Of a stretch of DNA of 64,000 nt, positions 38,901-52,266 are shown one piece after another (position 1 is the first letter of the stretch; each line of letters begins with the position of its first letter). The DNA comes from Adineta vaga (lineage: Eukaryota > Animalia > Rotifera). A model generated the notes under the pieces. That model saw nothing but the letters and a program-made list of their open reading frames with translations, was not told the origin of the DNA and did no database searches. The stretch is taken from contig CP075497.1 in assembly GCA_021613535.1 (NCBI GenBank), positions 5,084,001-5,148,000 on the forward strand. Direction: 5' to 3'. The translations under genes were made by a program, and so were the position numbers.

Positions 38901-41414
38901 GATTATAATCGGTCATATTCGCTGGGATTGCAAATGATCTTGTTATATTTGAATTAAGAAAATTATTAGTATGTAATAATGTTGCCCAATCAATATATCG
39001 AGCTCGAACTCGTGGTTTAGTTGTTGTTAGAATATTCGACATATTCATCGTCGTTGTTAAACGCATCATCTAGAACAAAATATCATTGGAAAACATTTCG
39101 CTCTCACCTTTAATAACTTACTTTAGTTGGAACTGGTGTTGTTAAAAAATTATTAATTTGATTGACATTATTCACAATATTATCGATTGTTCCACGTGGA
39201 ATTCCTGCGATGACCGAAACAAGCTGATCAAAATTGACTAAAGGTGTTAAAATCGGTATGGCAATATCTAATGTATTAAAAATAGGCATTTTTAATAAAT
39301 CCGGATTGAATGTTCTTGTCATTTGTTTAACGAAATTATACGAACTAAAATAATAAAAAATAATTCAATGCAAAAATCACGAATTCAAATCTATTTACGC
39401 ATAAAGATTAAGTCCAGCTGTTTTTGTTCTTGTTAATAATTCACTCACTGCTGAAACACTATCGAATGTTAAACGAAGATCATTTTCAAATGATCCAGCT
39501 TTATTAACTGTAAATAATATATTCGCTAAACCTTCGAATACCATTGGTGAAAAACGCATATCATTGAAATACTTTTGTAACTAAAATAAAATGAAATAGT
39601 ACAATAAATTCAATCGAAAAAATCATTTACCTGATCGAAACGAATGCCACTGATTAAATTATTATAAATCGAATCTACATTATTATGAGTACCACAATAT
39701 CTATCCACGCGATCTTTTAAATTTTGTGATGTTGCATCGTCTAAGATGAATAAAGTCCAGTAACCGGGTTGAAGACATATAGCTCGATGTTTTGCTACAC
39801 CAGTTATTTTTCCGACAAGATATTCTGCTAACTGAAAAAATTTGATTTGAAAAAAAAGATAAGAAAGAAGAAATCTTACGACAAGAAAATTGATTTTCGA
39901 ATTTAATATTTGACTTTCAATTTTTTTCGATATAGTCAAATCGGATTGTAAAATTATATTCAATGGTAAACTACGAAATAATTCTTGTGCTGTGATAGTT
40001 TGTGCTAAACATACAAATATAGTTTTTAATAATGAACAAAAGATTCGAATATTTATTCTCACTCATATTATCATAACGTTGAAGAAAATCAACAAACATT
40101 TGAGTGATTTCATATAATTGTAAAATAATACGTTCTTCAGTTATTATATGTAAATCAGATAACATTTGACCGGCACTAAAATGTGAACATAAGATTCAAT
40201 CTTATCAAAGATGAATTCTACTAAAGTAAACTTACAGTTGTATTAAATCGCGTTGATTCTGTATTAATTCAATGATTTGTATCAAACGTGGAAGAATTCG
40301 TACAATTTCTGTCATATTTGGTATATTTTGTAATAATGCTCCATATACACTTAATTGTTTAACTGTTTGTTCTAAATCTCTTAATTGTTGAATCTTATCT
40401 CTAATATCTTGTCCATTGATTAGTTGTGAAAGATTTCCAAACTAATTCGAAAAAAGAAAAGAAAAAGATTACTTTGCAATTACTTGAAATTAAACATTAC
40501 ATATCCATCTAATGTTTCATGATTTAAATCATTGATAAATGTACTTAAATCCATAGTTAAATTTCGAATATTTAATTGACACAATGCTTTAATAGCGATA
40601 TCTGCATTATTTGAATTATCAATCGTAAGAATATGATTGAGAAAACTCGTTCGACAGAATGGTTCTAAATTAATTGTTTTATTAAATGTATTATAGATTT
40701 CTGTTAGATCAAAAGATCCATTCAGAAAATGATCAATTAAATCATTGGACAATCCAGTTAAGACTAAATCATTTTTCAATCTTTTTGTATCATTAAATAA
40801 ATCCGACATGTAAAATTTTCCATCCAGGATTTTTTGTAAAAACGTATCATTGAATGCATTATTAATACGATCAACACTACGTGTTAGATTTGGTAAATTG
40901 TATAAGACAGTATTTACACCTTCGGTTTCAGTTAATCCAAGTATACCATCATAAACAGATGGAAGACTACAAAACAAAAGAAATTCGTTTCGGAAATCTA
41001 TGTGTCGTTTGACTTACTAGTTTCTTAGCGACGATGTTTGAGCATCGAAGGGCTTTAAACGACAGCTAACATTTGTATTGCACAAAAAGCTTTGAAGAAA
41101 ACCAATGGTACCACTGTTAGGTAATGGCATAGGATTGTGATAACCTATTTCAATAAAAAATAAATAAAATTTTAATTTGTTTGAATAAGAAAAAACTTAC
41201 ATGCTGGTCGATCTTGAATAGGTGAAGTTTTTCGAACAATTGCAACAATAGAAAAAAGTAATAGAGGCCAAGCGATTTCAAAAACAAAAAGAACCTAAAG
41301 GAAAAACATAGAATGATTATTTTGTTGTTAAAATAATAAAAAAATAGTTACCGGTTGTCGACGACGAAGTAGAAAATTCTTTTTAAATAATATTCGAAAT
41401 TGTGCAAATGCCAT
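23944..41414 (-). CDS. Full-length ABCA-subfamily lipid transporter with a very large first extracellular domain
   Basis: Start [21 protein letters not shown]|[54 protein letters not shown]1: [35 protein letters not shown]. Second half: WFNNK|[13 protein letters not shown]2: GINGA|[19 protein letters not shown]|[10 protein letters not shown]. Over 40 exons; intron 27300-32220 contains two other genes. Confidence 0.92.
27470..27498. repeat. (CAA)n microsatellite in the USP 3' region / ABCA intron
   Basis: caacaacaacaacaacaacaacaacagcaa seen directly. Confidence 0.8.
27516..30106 (-). CDS. Ubiquitin carboxyl-terminal hydrolase, USP4/11/15 family (DUSP-UBL-USP), nested in the ABCA intron
   Basis: DUSP ([20 protein letters not shown]), Cys box [38 protein letters not shown], His box [34 protein letters not shown]. 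Single intron 28272-28333. Confidence 0.93.
30604..31998 (+). CDS. AP2M1: AP-2 complex subunit mu, nested in the ABCA intron
   Basis: [17 protein letters not shown]|[77 protein letters not shown]. One coding intron 30655-30714 and a probable 5'UTR intron 30536-30596. Confidence 0.97.
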
Positions 41415-41560
41415 CTAGAAAGATAGACAAGACAATGAATACTCAAATACAATCATTCGAATGATGAACAAGACAGTAATTATCAATAGACAGAGAAACA
41501 GAACAAACTTTGATCATCCTATATACATATATATTGGCACTTACTTGTCGTTGACCGAAC

Positions 41561-41635
41561 GTATGTATGTATGTATGTATGTATGTAGGTATTGTTCATT
41601 ATTTGAACGAAAAGATGCAATAATCACCTTTCTGT

Positions 41636-41670
<35 letters not shown>
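41561..41670. repeat. (GTAT)n and (CT)n microsatellites upstream of the ABCA start
   Basis: gtatgtatgtatgtatgtatgtatgta at ~41561-41588 and a (ct)n run at ~41640-41670. Confidence 0.8.
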
Positions 41671-41677
<7 letters not shown>

Positions 41678-43408
41678 CCCCCATCTGCGACAATAACATC
41701 AGCATGAGCACGTGTTCATGTAAGCTTCGAGTAAATACGCATCAGTCTGTCTATTCACGATGTGATGAATACTTTTAAGAAAGAAGAAAGAGACAGAAGA
41801 AATATTGTCTATATGTATATCTATCAATTCTAATCGTCTTGCAACACGAAGAAGAAGGTGTAAATTAATCAATACAAACATTTCGACAAACTCGGCTTCA
41901 TAATATTCATGCAAAATGATACTAGTAGTGTTCAAATAGAAGCTTAACATATTCGAACATATAGATATGTGTATATCGATGATGAATGAAGGTCGATTGA
42001 TGTCTAAAAAAAACAACATAACGAAAAAAAATACTTACATGAAAACAATACTTCGAATAATATTAAATGCTTTTTTACATAGACAAACAAGTAGACATGA
42101 TTGCACAATGATTAGTTGAGAATTTTCTTAACAAATCTCTCTTTTATTTCTAATGTTGATCCTCTCACACTCGAGTTTATTCTATATATTAAAGCGAAAG
42201 GCACGTCATCAGTCTGTTTGATAAAATACAGTTCTCTTTTTCTTGTTCCCTCTTCTTCTTCTTCTTCTTCTACTTTTCGTTTAGATCATTAGCCATCCGC
42301 ACACCTACATTTTGTTCTCGTGAGCACTTTACTTACCATCATGTCATTCGTTATGTGATGGTATTGTTGTTCTTTCGTAATTTGATCATTACCTCTCCTA
42401 TTTCATGAAAAGCTGTTTTGTCATTTTTCCTTCTGAATGTCCATGACATTACTCATTCGTTTTCAAATTTCAATTGAGAAAAACGATTAAAACGAAGAAA
42501 AAAGAATGAAACGAATAAGCCTAGTAAAAACGCAAATAATAGATCACCTGTCTTTTTCTCTTGTTGGACCAATATTATTTCTCGACAAATCAATGTTCTA
42601 CACTATTAACATCAATGGATGAATGTGTAAATGAGTTCGACGAACAAAAGTTTTGTCGTACTAGTAGAAATAAACTGGTCAATATTTGTTAATTGACATT
42701 GTATTAAAGACAAATGAAATGCATTTTCAATGGCATTGATATAAATAAGAAAAAAAGAGATCGAATTGGATAAGATTAGATTCGTACTTCATTCATAAAA
42801 CAACATAAAAGTATTGGTTTTAAGTGCTAAAAGTTCAGTTTAGATGATATAAGAAAGAAACAATAGAATTTTATGAAATACAATTAACTTAAGGTAAACT
42901 TAATATTCGAATTATAATAAATGGTACTATCTATTTTTTTTCTAATATTGAAAGTCATGAATTAATCTTATGAATCAATTTCATAAAGTAAAACATCACC
43001 AAATGACGTCTCTATATATTGACGGAAGAAGCTCACATTTCAATGTATTTGTATTCGATTTTGTTGTTACTAATACTATAATTTTTTTCGCTTTTTTTTT
43101 CTATCACGAAATACCGTCATCGTTACCATGGAATAAAAATCAACAAATCTGACTAACTGATATTCTATCCATACTCGTTTATTTTTTGTATCAACATTAA
43201 AATTGATTAACTATCCATAGATGCCACTATCATTATCCTATAGCTATCAACAAAATATATCTCTTTCTTTTATCAATGGTCACTAAGCGACTCGGTTTCG
43301 AGTACGGTTGATATGATCATATCGATGCATAGTCATTAGAGATAAGTTCTGTTGAGAAGAGTGTCAAATGATAATAGACAGATACTGTTAACTTTCATAA
43401 TATTATCG

Positions 43409-45967
43409 ATGGATACTAAAGAGAAAACGATGCAAAAGTTATTAGATGAAATTGATCAAGTTAAAATTGATATTAGAACTTATGAAGAAGAAACGATAGA
43501 TGACGATGATGATGATGATGAAAGTCAAACAGAAATAAGAAATTTCAATGAACGTATTATCAATCTTCAAAAACAAATGAATGCGATGACCAAAGAATTA
43601 GATCCCGATTGGCCAGTAGAAACATTTGATCAAGTAAAACAAAATGCATTGAAAATTTTATTCAATCTTTCTGAAAGATTAAATCGAATCAATCAACATT
43701 TGGAAGAAACAACTTATATCACTCCACGACCATTTGTTCCTTCTACTACAGATGAAAATATAAAAGGAGTACCATCAGCGGATAATAAGAGAATAACTAC
43801 ATCTAATACTACTACAGCTAAACAAATTAGCTCATCATCATCATCATCATCATCAGAATCGTCAGATGCTGAAACAATAAGTGATGAAGAACAAAGCGAG
43901 GAAAATTTAGTTGTAGTGACAGATAGAAAACAAGGTAAGAAGTTCTATTCATATCGTGTGATAATTCTTTGTGAATATATTTAGAACAACTAAGTTCATC
44001 AAATGCAGTACGAAACATAGAAAACTCGACATTCAGTGATGAAATTGATAGTGAAAAAGAGGAAGACGATCAGTACATGAATGATAATCCTCAAGAAAAA
44101 ATTAAATTTGACAATAAAAATGGTGTCATTAATCCTAAGCATCAATCACGAACATCAACCCCACTTTGGAGTAATAAAAATCCACCGTCAATTGATCTTC
44201 GCTCTTCTTCGTTCTCATCTTCGTCATCATCAGCAGTAATAGCATCAGGAAATTCTGCTTCGTCAATTTCATCCGATCGGCATAAAACAAGAACTTCCAA
44301 ACAACCTGCAAAACAAAATCATACAACTGACGATTATTCATCGACTGACGAAGAAGATTTGTCAAGTAGAGTCGATACAAGTTTACAAAAACTTCGAATC
44401 AAGAGATACCCACCAGGAACACCATTTCGTGTTCTACACGATTTAAATGGTGCTGAAATTGATGATTTAACCATATTTAAGGATGAGATTTTAACTCTTG
44501 TAAAACAACAAGATGATGATTGGTGGTTATTTAAAAATGCTCAAACTAAATTAGAAGGTTTAGTACCTATTAATCATATTAAACCTTGTTCGGAAACATT
44601 CAATCAATCAAAATCAACATCACTTGTTAATGTATTAAAATCAAATAATGATATTCCATCAGGTTTTATTCCATCAAGTTTAGGACCATTAACTCAGCAA
44701 GATCAATATAAATTATCGTATACACTTATTCCAAAAATGACCGAATCAAATTTGACCTTTGCTGATTTACATTGGCAGTATGATGCCGATCGTATTAATG
44801 TTCAAGCACCAACCTATCAAAAAATTTTGATTATCCAAAAATGTGCGAAAATACCAAAAATTAAAGAGAAAAATGTATGTGCTTTAAAACTAACTACTTG
44901 TTTGTGAATATTCAAGATTTTTTTCTATTTAGGTTAACGTAAAAAATCGTTGTATTCGTATATGTCTTTATGATGGTTTTAAGATAATTTCTAATATCCA
45001 TTCGAGTCGAGTAAATGTATCTAAAAAATTGAATACCAATGATTTAACTGAAGATTGGAAAGTCGCTGACTGTAACGAGGAAACATTTATTGATGAAGAA
45101 TCCCGATTTCTTATTCGTTCCAATGAATATGATCCGTCAAAATCTTTACATTTACTTATTGAATTATCACTATTATGCGAATCTAAAACTAATAAACAAA
45201 CCTGTGAGATTGGATGTGGATGGATTATGGTTCCACTCAGTGATGATCATAATCACCCATTGGATACTAGTATAACAACGAAATATAATAAACATTTACA
45301 TGGTGGACATTTTCAAGAAACAAATATGTTACTTGATTCTCAATATAAAAATCTTCATTCACATGGTTTATCCGGACAACTTGATCGATATAAACAAGCA
45401 CGTATTCGATTCTCAATAGAATCTCGTGAAAAACATTCGAATACATTTTATAATCAATTACCATTAACATCAATGATTATACCGATAAATTTAATTTCAA
45501 TACTTGTATTTTATCGTAATGAACTTGCTTATCAATTACAAAAACGTTCTTCTTCAAGTACAATATCGACAATACCATTACAATCGATCTTTCTTAGTAC
45601 ATTTTATCAAGCACTTGAACAACCAGAACTTATTTTTATATTACAAATATTGTATCATCGAGAAAAAAAATTAACCGATCAAGAACAACAACAAGAATTC
45701 ATTAAAATTTATGAACTATCTGTTTATCCACTTTTATTTTATCGTTCATTACCAACATATGATTTCCATAGTATACAAACGATCAATCTTCGAAGACAAT
45801 TGATTCAAGAGATGTTGAATAAACAACTACAGAAGAATGTTAATCAACCTGACATTCTAGCATTATTACTTGATCCAATATTAACCGATAAATGGACACC
45901 ATTCACAACGGATGAGATATGTTTTTCATTACAAAAATATGTTCATCTTACTAGATCTTTCAAATAA
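43409..45967 (+). CDS. NPHP1: Nephrocystin-1-like ciliary transition-zone protein
   Basis: N-terminal coiled coil, acidic tracts, SH3 domain (FRVLHDL..DDLTIFKDEILTLV..DDWWLFKN..EGLVPINHI), then IPSGFIPSSL..LIPKMTESNLTFADLHW, RICLYDG..ISNIH and EIGCGWIMVPL of the nephrocystin homology domain. Introns 43935-43984 and 44875-44931. Confidence 0.85.
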
Positions 45968-46060
45968 TAGTTTAATAACTGTGTTTTTGAAAAATAAATG
46001 TTTATAACAATCTTTATTAAAAAAGAATTAAGCTTGATTACAAATATGAAACTCGACGAA

Positions 46061-46683
46061 TTATTTTCGTGCAAAATCAAAAACTGTTTTCATTTCATCC
46101 CATTGTAATTGTTTCAGACGATCTTTTTCTTGATCATTCTCTTGTCTTTCCACTTGTTCACAACGATCTACAAATGCTTGAGCACGTTTTTGTGCTTCAG
46201 CTAATTTTGCACTAGTCGATAAATTATTTAGATTCTTTTCATTACTAAATCCATTGTATTTCTTTGTCAAATAAACAGATTGAAATTCTTGACTTTTCAA
46301 TTGACGAATCCACCATCTAAACAAACACGAAACTCAATCAATAAAATATTTTCTTTTCTTCGATTTTTATACTTTGCATTCCAATAATCTCCTTCTCGTC
46401 GATGAAGTATATAATGTAAATAATCAGCTAGTGCATGTCCACCATGTTTTTCTACAATATCATGACATGAACCGATATCATCATTGAATAAATGAAGATT
46501 AGCTATTGCAAATAACGGATTTGTTGAATCTTTTTCTAATCGAGCTATATTATCATGTAATGTTTGATTCCATGGTGTACTGCATACTCGTTTCGATGGA
46601 TCAAGTGGTGGTGGAGCAAGTAAAGATGGTAGGGGTGTACGAGAGAGAAGAAGTTTTGAAATTTCTTCGAAAGTAGATACCAT
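46061..46683 (-). CDS. Uncharacterised helical protein of a bacterial/fungal-type family (LHxxNDD...H...HxxxHRREGDYxNAKxW)
   Basis: Intron 46317-46372 joins the two ORFs: ANLHLFNDDIGSCHDIVEKH..ADYLHYILHRREGDYWNAK|WWIRQL. I recognise the motif from microbial hypothetical proteins; function unknown. Confidence 0.7.
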
Positions 46684-47034
46684 TTTAACAATCAACGAAA
46701 TCTAGATGAATTCTAAATTATTATATTCTACTGCTATTCCTATTGCTAGATTTTCGACCAATCAGATGTAAGATTCATATAATCAGCTGTCGATTATTTA
46801 TTACTCTAAAGATAGAATCAGTCTGTTATACAAATCAATACATAACATATAATTCCTCTTACATACTATCCACTCTACCATAACAATAAATTTATACTTA
46901 CTTATTTGTAAATGCTACAAATTATTAATATATATTTTTTGAACCAATACAAAGCAAGCTCCTTAGCATAGTAAAGTTTTTTTTTGTTATTTTTATTAAA
47001 AAAGAAATCAAAAGAGTGAAACAGTTATTCTTTC

Positions 47035-50000
47035 ATGGAGAAAGATATACGTAATCGTTTTCCTAATGGTACATCCTCTGCTTTTTTATCATCACAAAAT
47101 TCTTCAACGACAACAAAAAAACTTGTTATTAAAAACTTAAAAAGTTAGTCATTTTTCCATTGCAATTGAAACGAATTCTTTTGATTTTTGAAAAAAAAAA
47201 TTAGATTCTTCATCAACACCACCGGATTATTTTGAGAAAATTTGGCCATTACTTAAACAAGCACTTTTAGCTATTCTTAATGGTACAACTAGTCCAACAA
47301 ATGAAGAACAACTCTATCGTCATATAGATCATTTATGTACAATATCAACAAATGAAACGAATTCATCACCACCTTATCTTCTTTATGAAAATTTGAAAAA
47401 AGTACTCGATGATTACATACAAACTTTATTACCAATGTTACTCAGGTTTTTTGTCTTTTAAAGGTTTTCTTCTCCTAAACGATTAATCGACTTTTTCTTG
47501 TAGTGAAATGGGAGATAGTAATGACTATTTACGATTACTCAATTCAACTTGGAATGATCATACTATTCGATCCGTATGTAATATCTATTAAATAAGCATT
47601 CGAATAACCTGTTTTTTTTAAGACGCTTATTCGACAATTGTTTATTGTTCTTGATCGAACCTATGTTTTACATGCCATAGTACCTAGTATCTGGTATGTT
47701 TTTCGAACGAAATGTGTATGATCAATTGTTATTGAGAATTGTAGGGAACTTAGTCAAGATTTATTTCGACGTTATATAATGCAAAATTCGATTATTTCAA
47801 ATAGGTAGAATAAATATTGAAAGGAATAAATAAAATTCATGATATTTTAGATGTACAACTGGTTTACTCAAATTAATTGAACAAGAAAGACGAGGTGAAA
47901 CAATTGATCGAAATTTGATTAAAAATCTTATTCGAATGTTAATTGATCTTCATGTAAGTTCTATTCATCGACTATATTTTTTTGATCAATCTGTTCTTCT
48001 TTGTATAGCTTTATAAGAAAGATTTTGAACCATCTTTTCTTCAATCAACTGAACAGCTTTATCATAATGAAGGTCGTCAATTAATTCAAACATTAGAATT
48101 AAGTCAATATCTTTCACATATTGAACGTCGTCTTTGGGAAGAACAAACACGTATTAATAATTATATCGATCAATCGACAAAGTACTTCATAGTTTTATTC
48201 TCTATGAAAAATGATTTATATTTTTCTTTCAATTTAGACTTCAATTAATTCATATTGTTGAGAATAATTTAATTACCAGTCATATTAAACAAATGCTTTC
48301 GAAAAATTTCGATACACTCATTGATGAAAATTGTTTTTCATCAGTTGCTTTAATGTATGATTTATTTCTTCGAATTGGACTTAATGTTATCAATGATCTT
48401 CGTGAAGCATTTGGAAATTATATCAAAGTAATTGAAATATTGTCCTGAAAAAACAAAAATTTTGATTTGATTTTTCCTTTTGAAAGATTCGTGGTCGAAC
48501 ATTGGTTATCGATCCTGATAAAGATGATAAAATGGTCGATGAATTACTTGATTTTAAAGAAAAACTTGATCGATTTCTTCATGAATGTTTTCATAGTAAT
48601 GAGAAATTTTCAAATATACTCAAAGATTCATTCGAATATTTTATTAATCAACGTTTAAATAAACCAGCGGAATTAATTGGTTTGTAGTGGTATACTTTCT
48701 CGTTATGAATCTTATCGTTCTTGTTTTATTTAGCTAAAGCAGTTGATGCAAGATTACGTACTGGAAATAAAGAAGCATCGGAAGAAGAATTAGAAAAAAT
48801 CTTAGATAAATTACTTATCTTATTTCGTTTCATTCATGGCAAAGATGTTTTTGAAGCTTTCTACAAAAAAGATTTAGCTAAACGTTTATTAGTTGGCAAA
48901 AGTGCATCGGTTGATGCAGAAAAATCCATGTTACTTAAACTTAAACAAGGTTAACATCATGAGATTGATGAAAACTAACAAGACAGCTTTTCTTTTTCAT
49001 TTGTAGAATGTGGAAATGTATTTACAGGTAAACTTGAAGGAATGTTTAAAGATATGGAACTATCCAAAGATATTATGACTGCATTTGAACAGGTAAGAAA
49101 TGCTTGTCATATATTATCTTTGTGAATCAACGAGAATTCTTTGATATATTTTAGTATATGCATGGTCGTGGAACACCAGGAAATATTGGAATATCTGTTT
49201 GTGTGTTAACAATGGGTTTTTGGCCAACATATCCAACTGTCGGTGCTGTTCTTCCACCTGAAGTAATGATAGTTTGATTTTCTTATCGTAACTAAAAATC
49301 GTTTTTTTTTTATAGTTTTGTCGGTTACAAGAAATCTTCACTACTTTTTATTCAAGTAAATATTCAGGACGTAAACTTCAATGGCAATATACATTGGATC
49401 ATTGTTTGCTCAAAGGATGGCTTAAAGAAAAAGTTAGAATTAATTTTATATAATTGTTAAAACATTTGGTTTTATTTTTAGTCAATGAAAGAATTTCATG
49501 TATCACTTTATCAAGCACTTGTTCTTCTACTCTTTAATGAACATAAAGATCTCAATTATACAGATATTTACGAACAGACAAAAATTCGTTCGTATTATAT
49601 TCGTTTATATTTCTTTGCTTATTTTCATTTGAATATTGTTTAGCTGCAGCTGAATTACAACGAACATTACTATCATTAGCATGTGGTAAAATTCGATTAA
49701 TGAATAAAAAACCATTGGTAATTAATCATTTTGTTTTTTTTTTGTTGTTAATTTTATTTTCGAAATCCTTTTTTATAGACGAAAGAAATTAATTCAGATG
49801 ATCGATTTACATTAAATACTTCATTTGATCATAAATTAATTCGAATAAAAATCAATCAAGTTCAATTAAAAGAAACGGTTTGTAAACAATAATAGTTTCT
49901 TTCTCAAAGAATTCTTTCTTTAGCCTGAAGAGAATAGTTCAACAACAGAACGTGTCGTTCAAGATCGACAATATCAAATCGATGCAGCAATTGTTCGTAT

Positions 50001-50223
50001 TATGAAAACGCGTAAAACATTATCACATGCTCAATTAATGTCTGAAGTCTTCTCACAATTAAAATTTCCGATATCTGTAAGGAATCGATTTCAATCAAAT
50101 TCATTTCTTGCATTTCTCTTTTTTTAGACATCACTCGTGAAAATACGTATTGAAAGTTTACTTGAACGTGAATATATGAAACGATCAGAAGACAGTGCAA
50201 ATGTTTATGAATACGTTGCATAA
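47035..50223 (+). CDS. CUL4: Cullin-4
   Basis: [10 protein letters not shown]-terminus, [21 protein letters not shown]|[65 protein letters not shown], neddylation motif [23 protein letters not shown]. About 15 short introns. Confidence 0.95.
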
Positions 50224-50390
50224 TGTAGAAATTTGTAATTATATGTTTACAGAAATATTTATTGCATCCGTCCTATTTTTTCTTTCGTGTTTTGTCGACC
50301 TATGTTTATTTTTCTTTCTCATTTGTAACCATGCGCTTTTTGAAAAACGAATAAAAACCGAGTTTGTTTTTGCTTCTAGATTAAAAAAGT

Positions 50391-51761
50391 ATGGTACGCT
50401 TATTACGTTATGGAACAATTTTCGGTCCACTAAAAGATCGATGGAGATATTTATACAAAGAAAATTTATATCAAAGAAGAATCGAAGCTGGACCTGAACC
50501 TGAACGTTTTCGATCAGCTTTAATTAACTGGTAAAATTACATTGTTTGAATGCAAACAGAAGATAAGTTGATTGTTGTTTTCTTCTTTCGAAAGGAATTA
50601 TGATGCTGAATTGTATGCATGTACACATCGATTTGGAGAAAAGATGAATATCGATACATTAAGACATGCTATGACTGATGCTTCATTTTTGAATCAAATT
50701 ATTAAACAACGAACTGAAGCAGGTATAACTTATCACATAGGATTGTAGGATAGTCAACGAAACATGTGCGTATGTTTTCGTTAGGTCTTGCGGCAACTGA
50801 TCAAACAGCACTATCATTTACACATAATGGTGAATTAGCAAAACGAGGTATGGCATAGAACGAAATAGAAATATCGAATTTATGATTATTTATCATTAGG
50901 TGAACAAATTACAGAAGAGTTTCTTCGGAAAGCTCTTCGATATTGGTATCCAAAACTTCCACAAGAAGGCATTGAGTATATATTTTCATAAGAGTTACTA
51001 TCAACTGATAATTTCATTCTAGTGCTGTGACACAATTTCTCATTTCGGAATCAACAATAGCGTTTATTAGTTCAAGACTTGGATTTAAAACATTAATTCG
51101 ATGCGATGTAAGTTTAGTTTTAGTATTGTTTTTCAAAATATTTATAAAGACTTTCTTTTCGAGATTCCATCAAGCACCAATAATGCTCAAAAATGCTCTT
51201 TTTGCTTTTATTGGTGCTATTGAAAATAATAATGTTTGCTGATTTCTTTTACTTTTTGAATCCATTTATTGATTTCTATTTCATATTCAAGGATCGATCT
51301 CGAGCTGAAGTATTTGTTGCTGATTTTATTTTAACACATCTAGTCGGCAAAGATATCAATGAAATATGGCATGTCAAAAATCCAATGGGTTTACTCACGA
51401 AAGTTTTAGAAGAGAATGGACGACAAGCACCTGAATCTCGGTTTGTTAATATTATCGAATAAATACGATCATAATTCGTTTTTTTTTAAATAGATTGATA
51501 TGGGCAACAGGTGTATCAAGTGTATTATCAACATACGTTATAGGTGTTTATTCTAATAAAGAATTTCTTGGAAAATGTAAAGTGAAATTAATTATTTGAT
51601 AATGAATGTGATTTCTTTTTGTAGGCGCCGGTGCAACAATTTCTATAGCTGAAGAAATGGCAGCTCGTGATGCATTACGTCGTTTATTTGAAACGGATGA
51701 AAAACGAGCACCAATTCCATTTGACAAACTTTATAAAAAGGGATTGTTGATGGATAAATAG
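50391..51761 (+). CDS. MRPL44: Mitochondrial ribosomal protein mL44 (degenerate RNase III + dsRBD)
   Basis: GPEPERFRSALINW|NYDAELYACTHRFGE, HNGELAKR, YWYPKLPQEGI, KNPMGLLTKVL..PESR|LIWATG..YVIGVYSNKEFLGK, AEEMAARDALRRLF. Confidence 0.85.
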
Positions 51762-52266
51762 ATAGGAAAATCAGTTGTTTGATGTTTTTTTTTGTTTTTC
51801 ATTTCTCTGTAATCAGATCCAAAGAAAATACATACACAGAGCTAATTCTTAGCTCAAAACTATTCATAAAGACTTATTCTTTACCTTACCGCAGCGAATA
51901 TCGAAGAATGTTGGCAAGTTAGACAGATGTCGTGGGGTATTTTTAACAATTTATTTCATGATCATCTATCTACATTTTGTTTTTGTTTATTATTAAGATA
52001 TCGATTAATTTACCAATTAACGAATACATTGAACTAATTTTTGTGTGTATACATACATACATATACGTATAGTAAAGTAATATTATTATTTTCATCGAAT
52101 ATGTTTTGTCATTGACATGTTGAAGGTTTTTTTATTCACGTGCTCACGCACACAGCGTATGATGAAGAAATGATACTCATCTGAGTAGTCATTGGTGCCC
52201 TTCGAGGACAAGCAAATATCGAAGAAACAATTTGAAGCGTTTTTTACTCCCATATAAAATAGAACG

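Noticed and set aside
23944-41414. Treating the many ABCA ORF fragments as separate genes or a decayed pseudogene
   Set aside because: The fragments are bounded by GT/AG sites, the junctions I checked are in phase, and domain order matches one full ABCA transporter.
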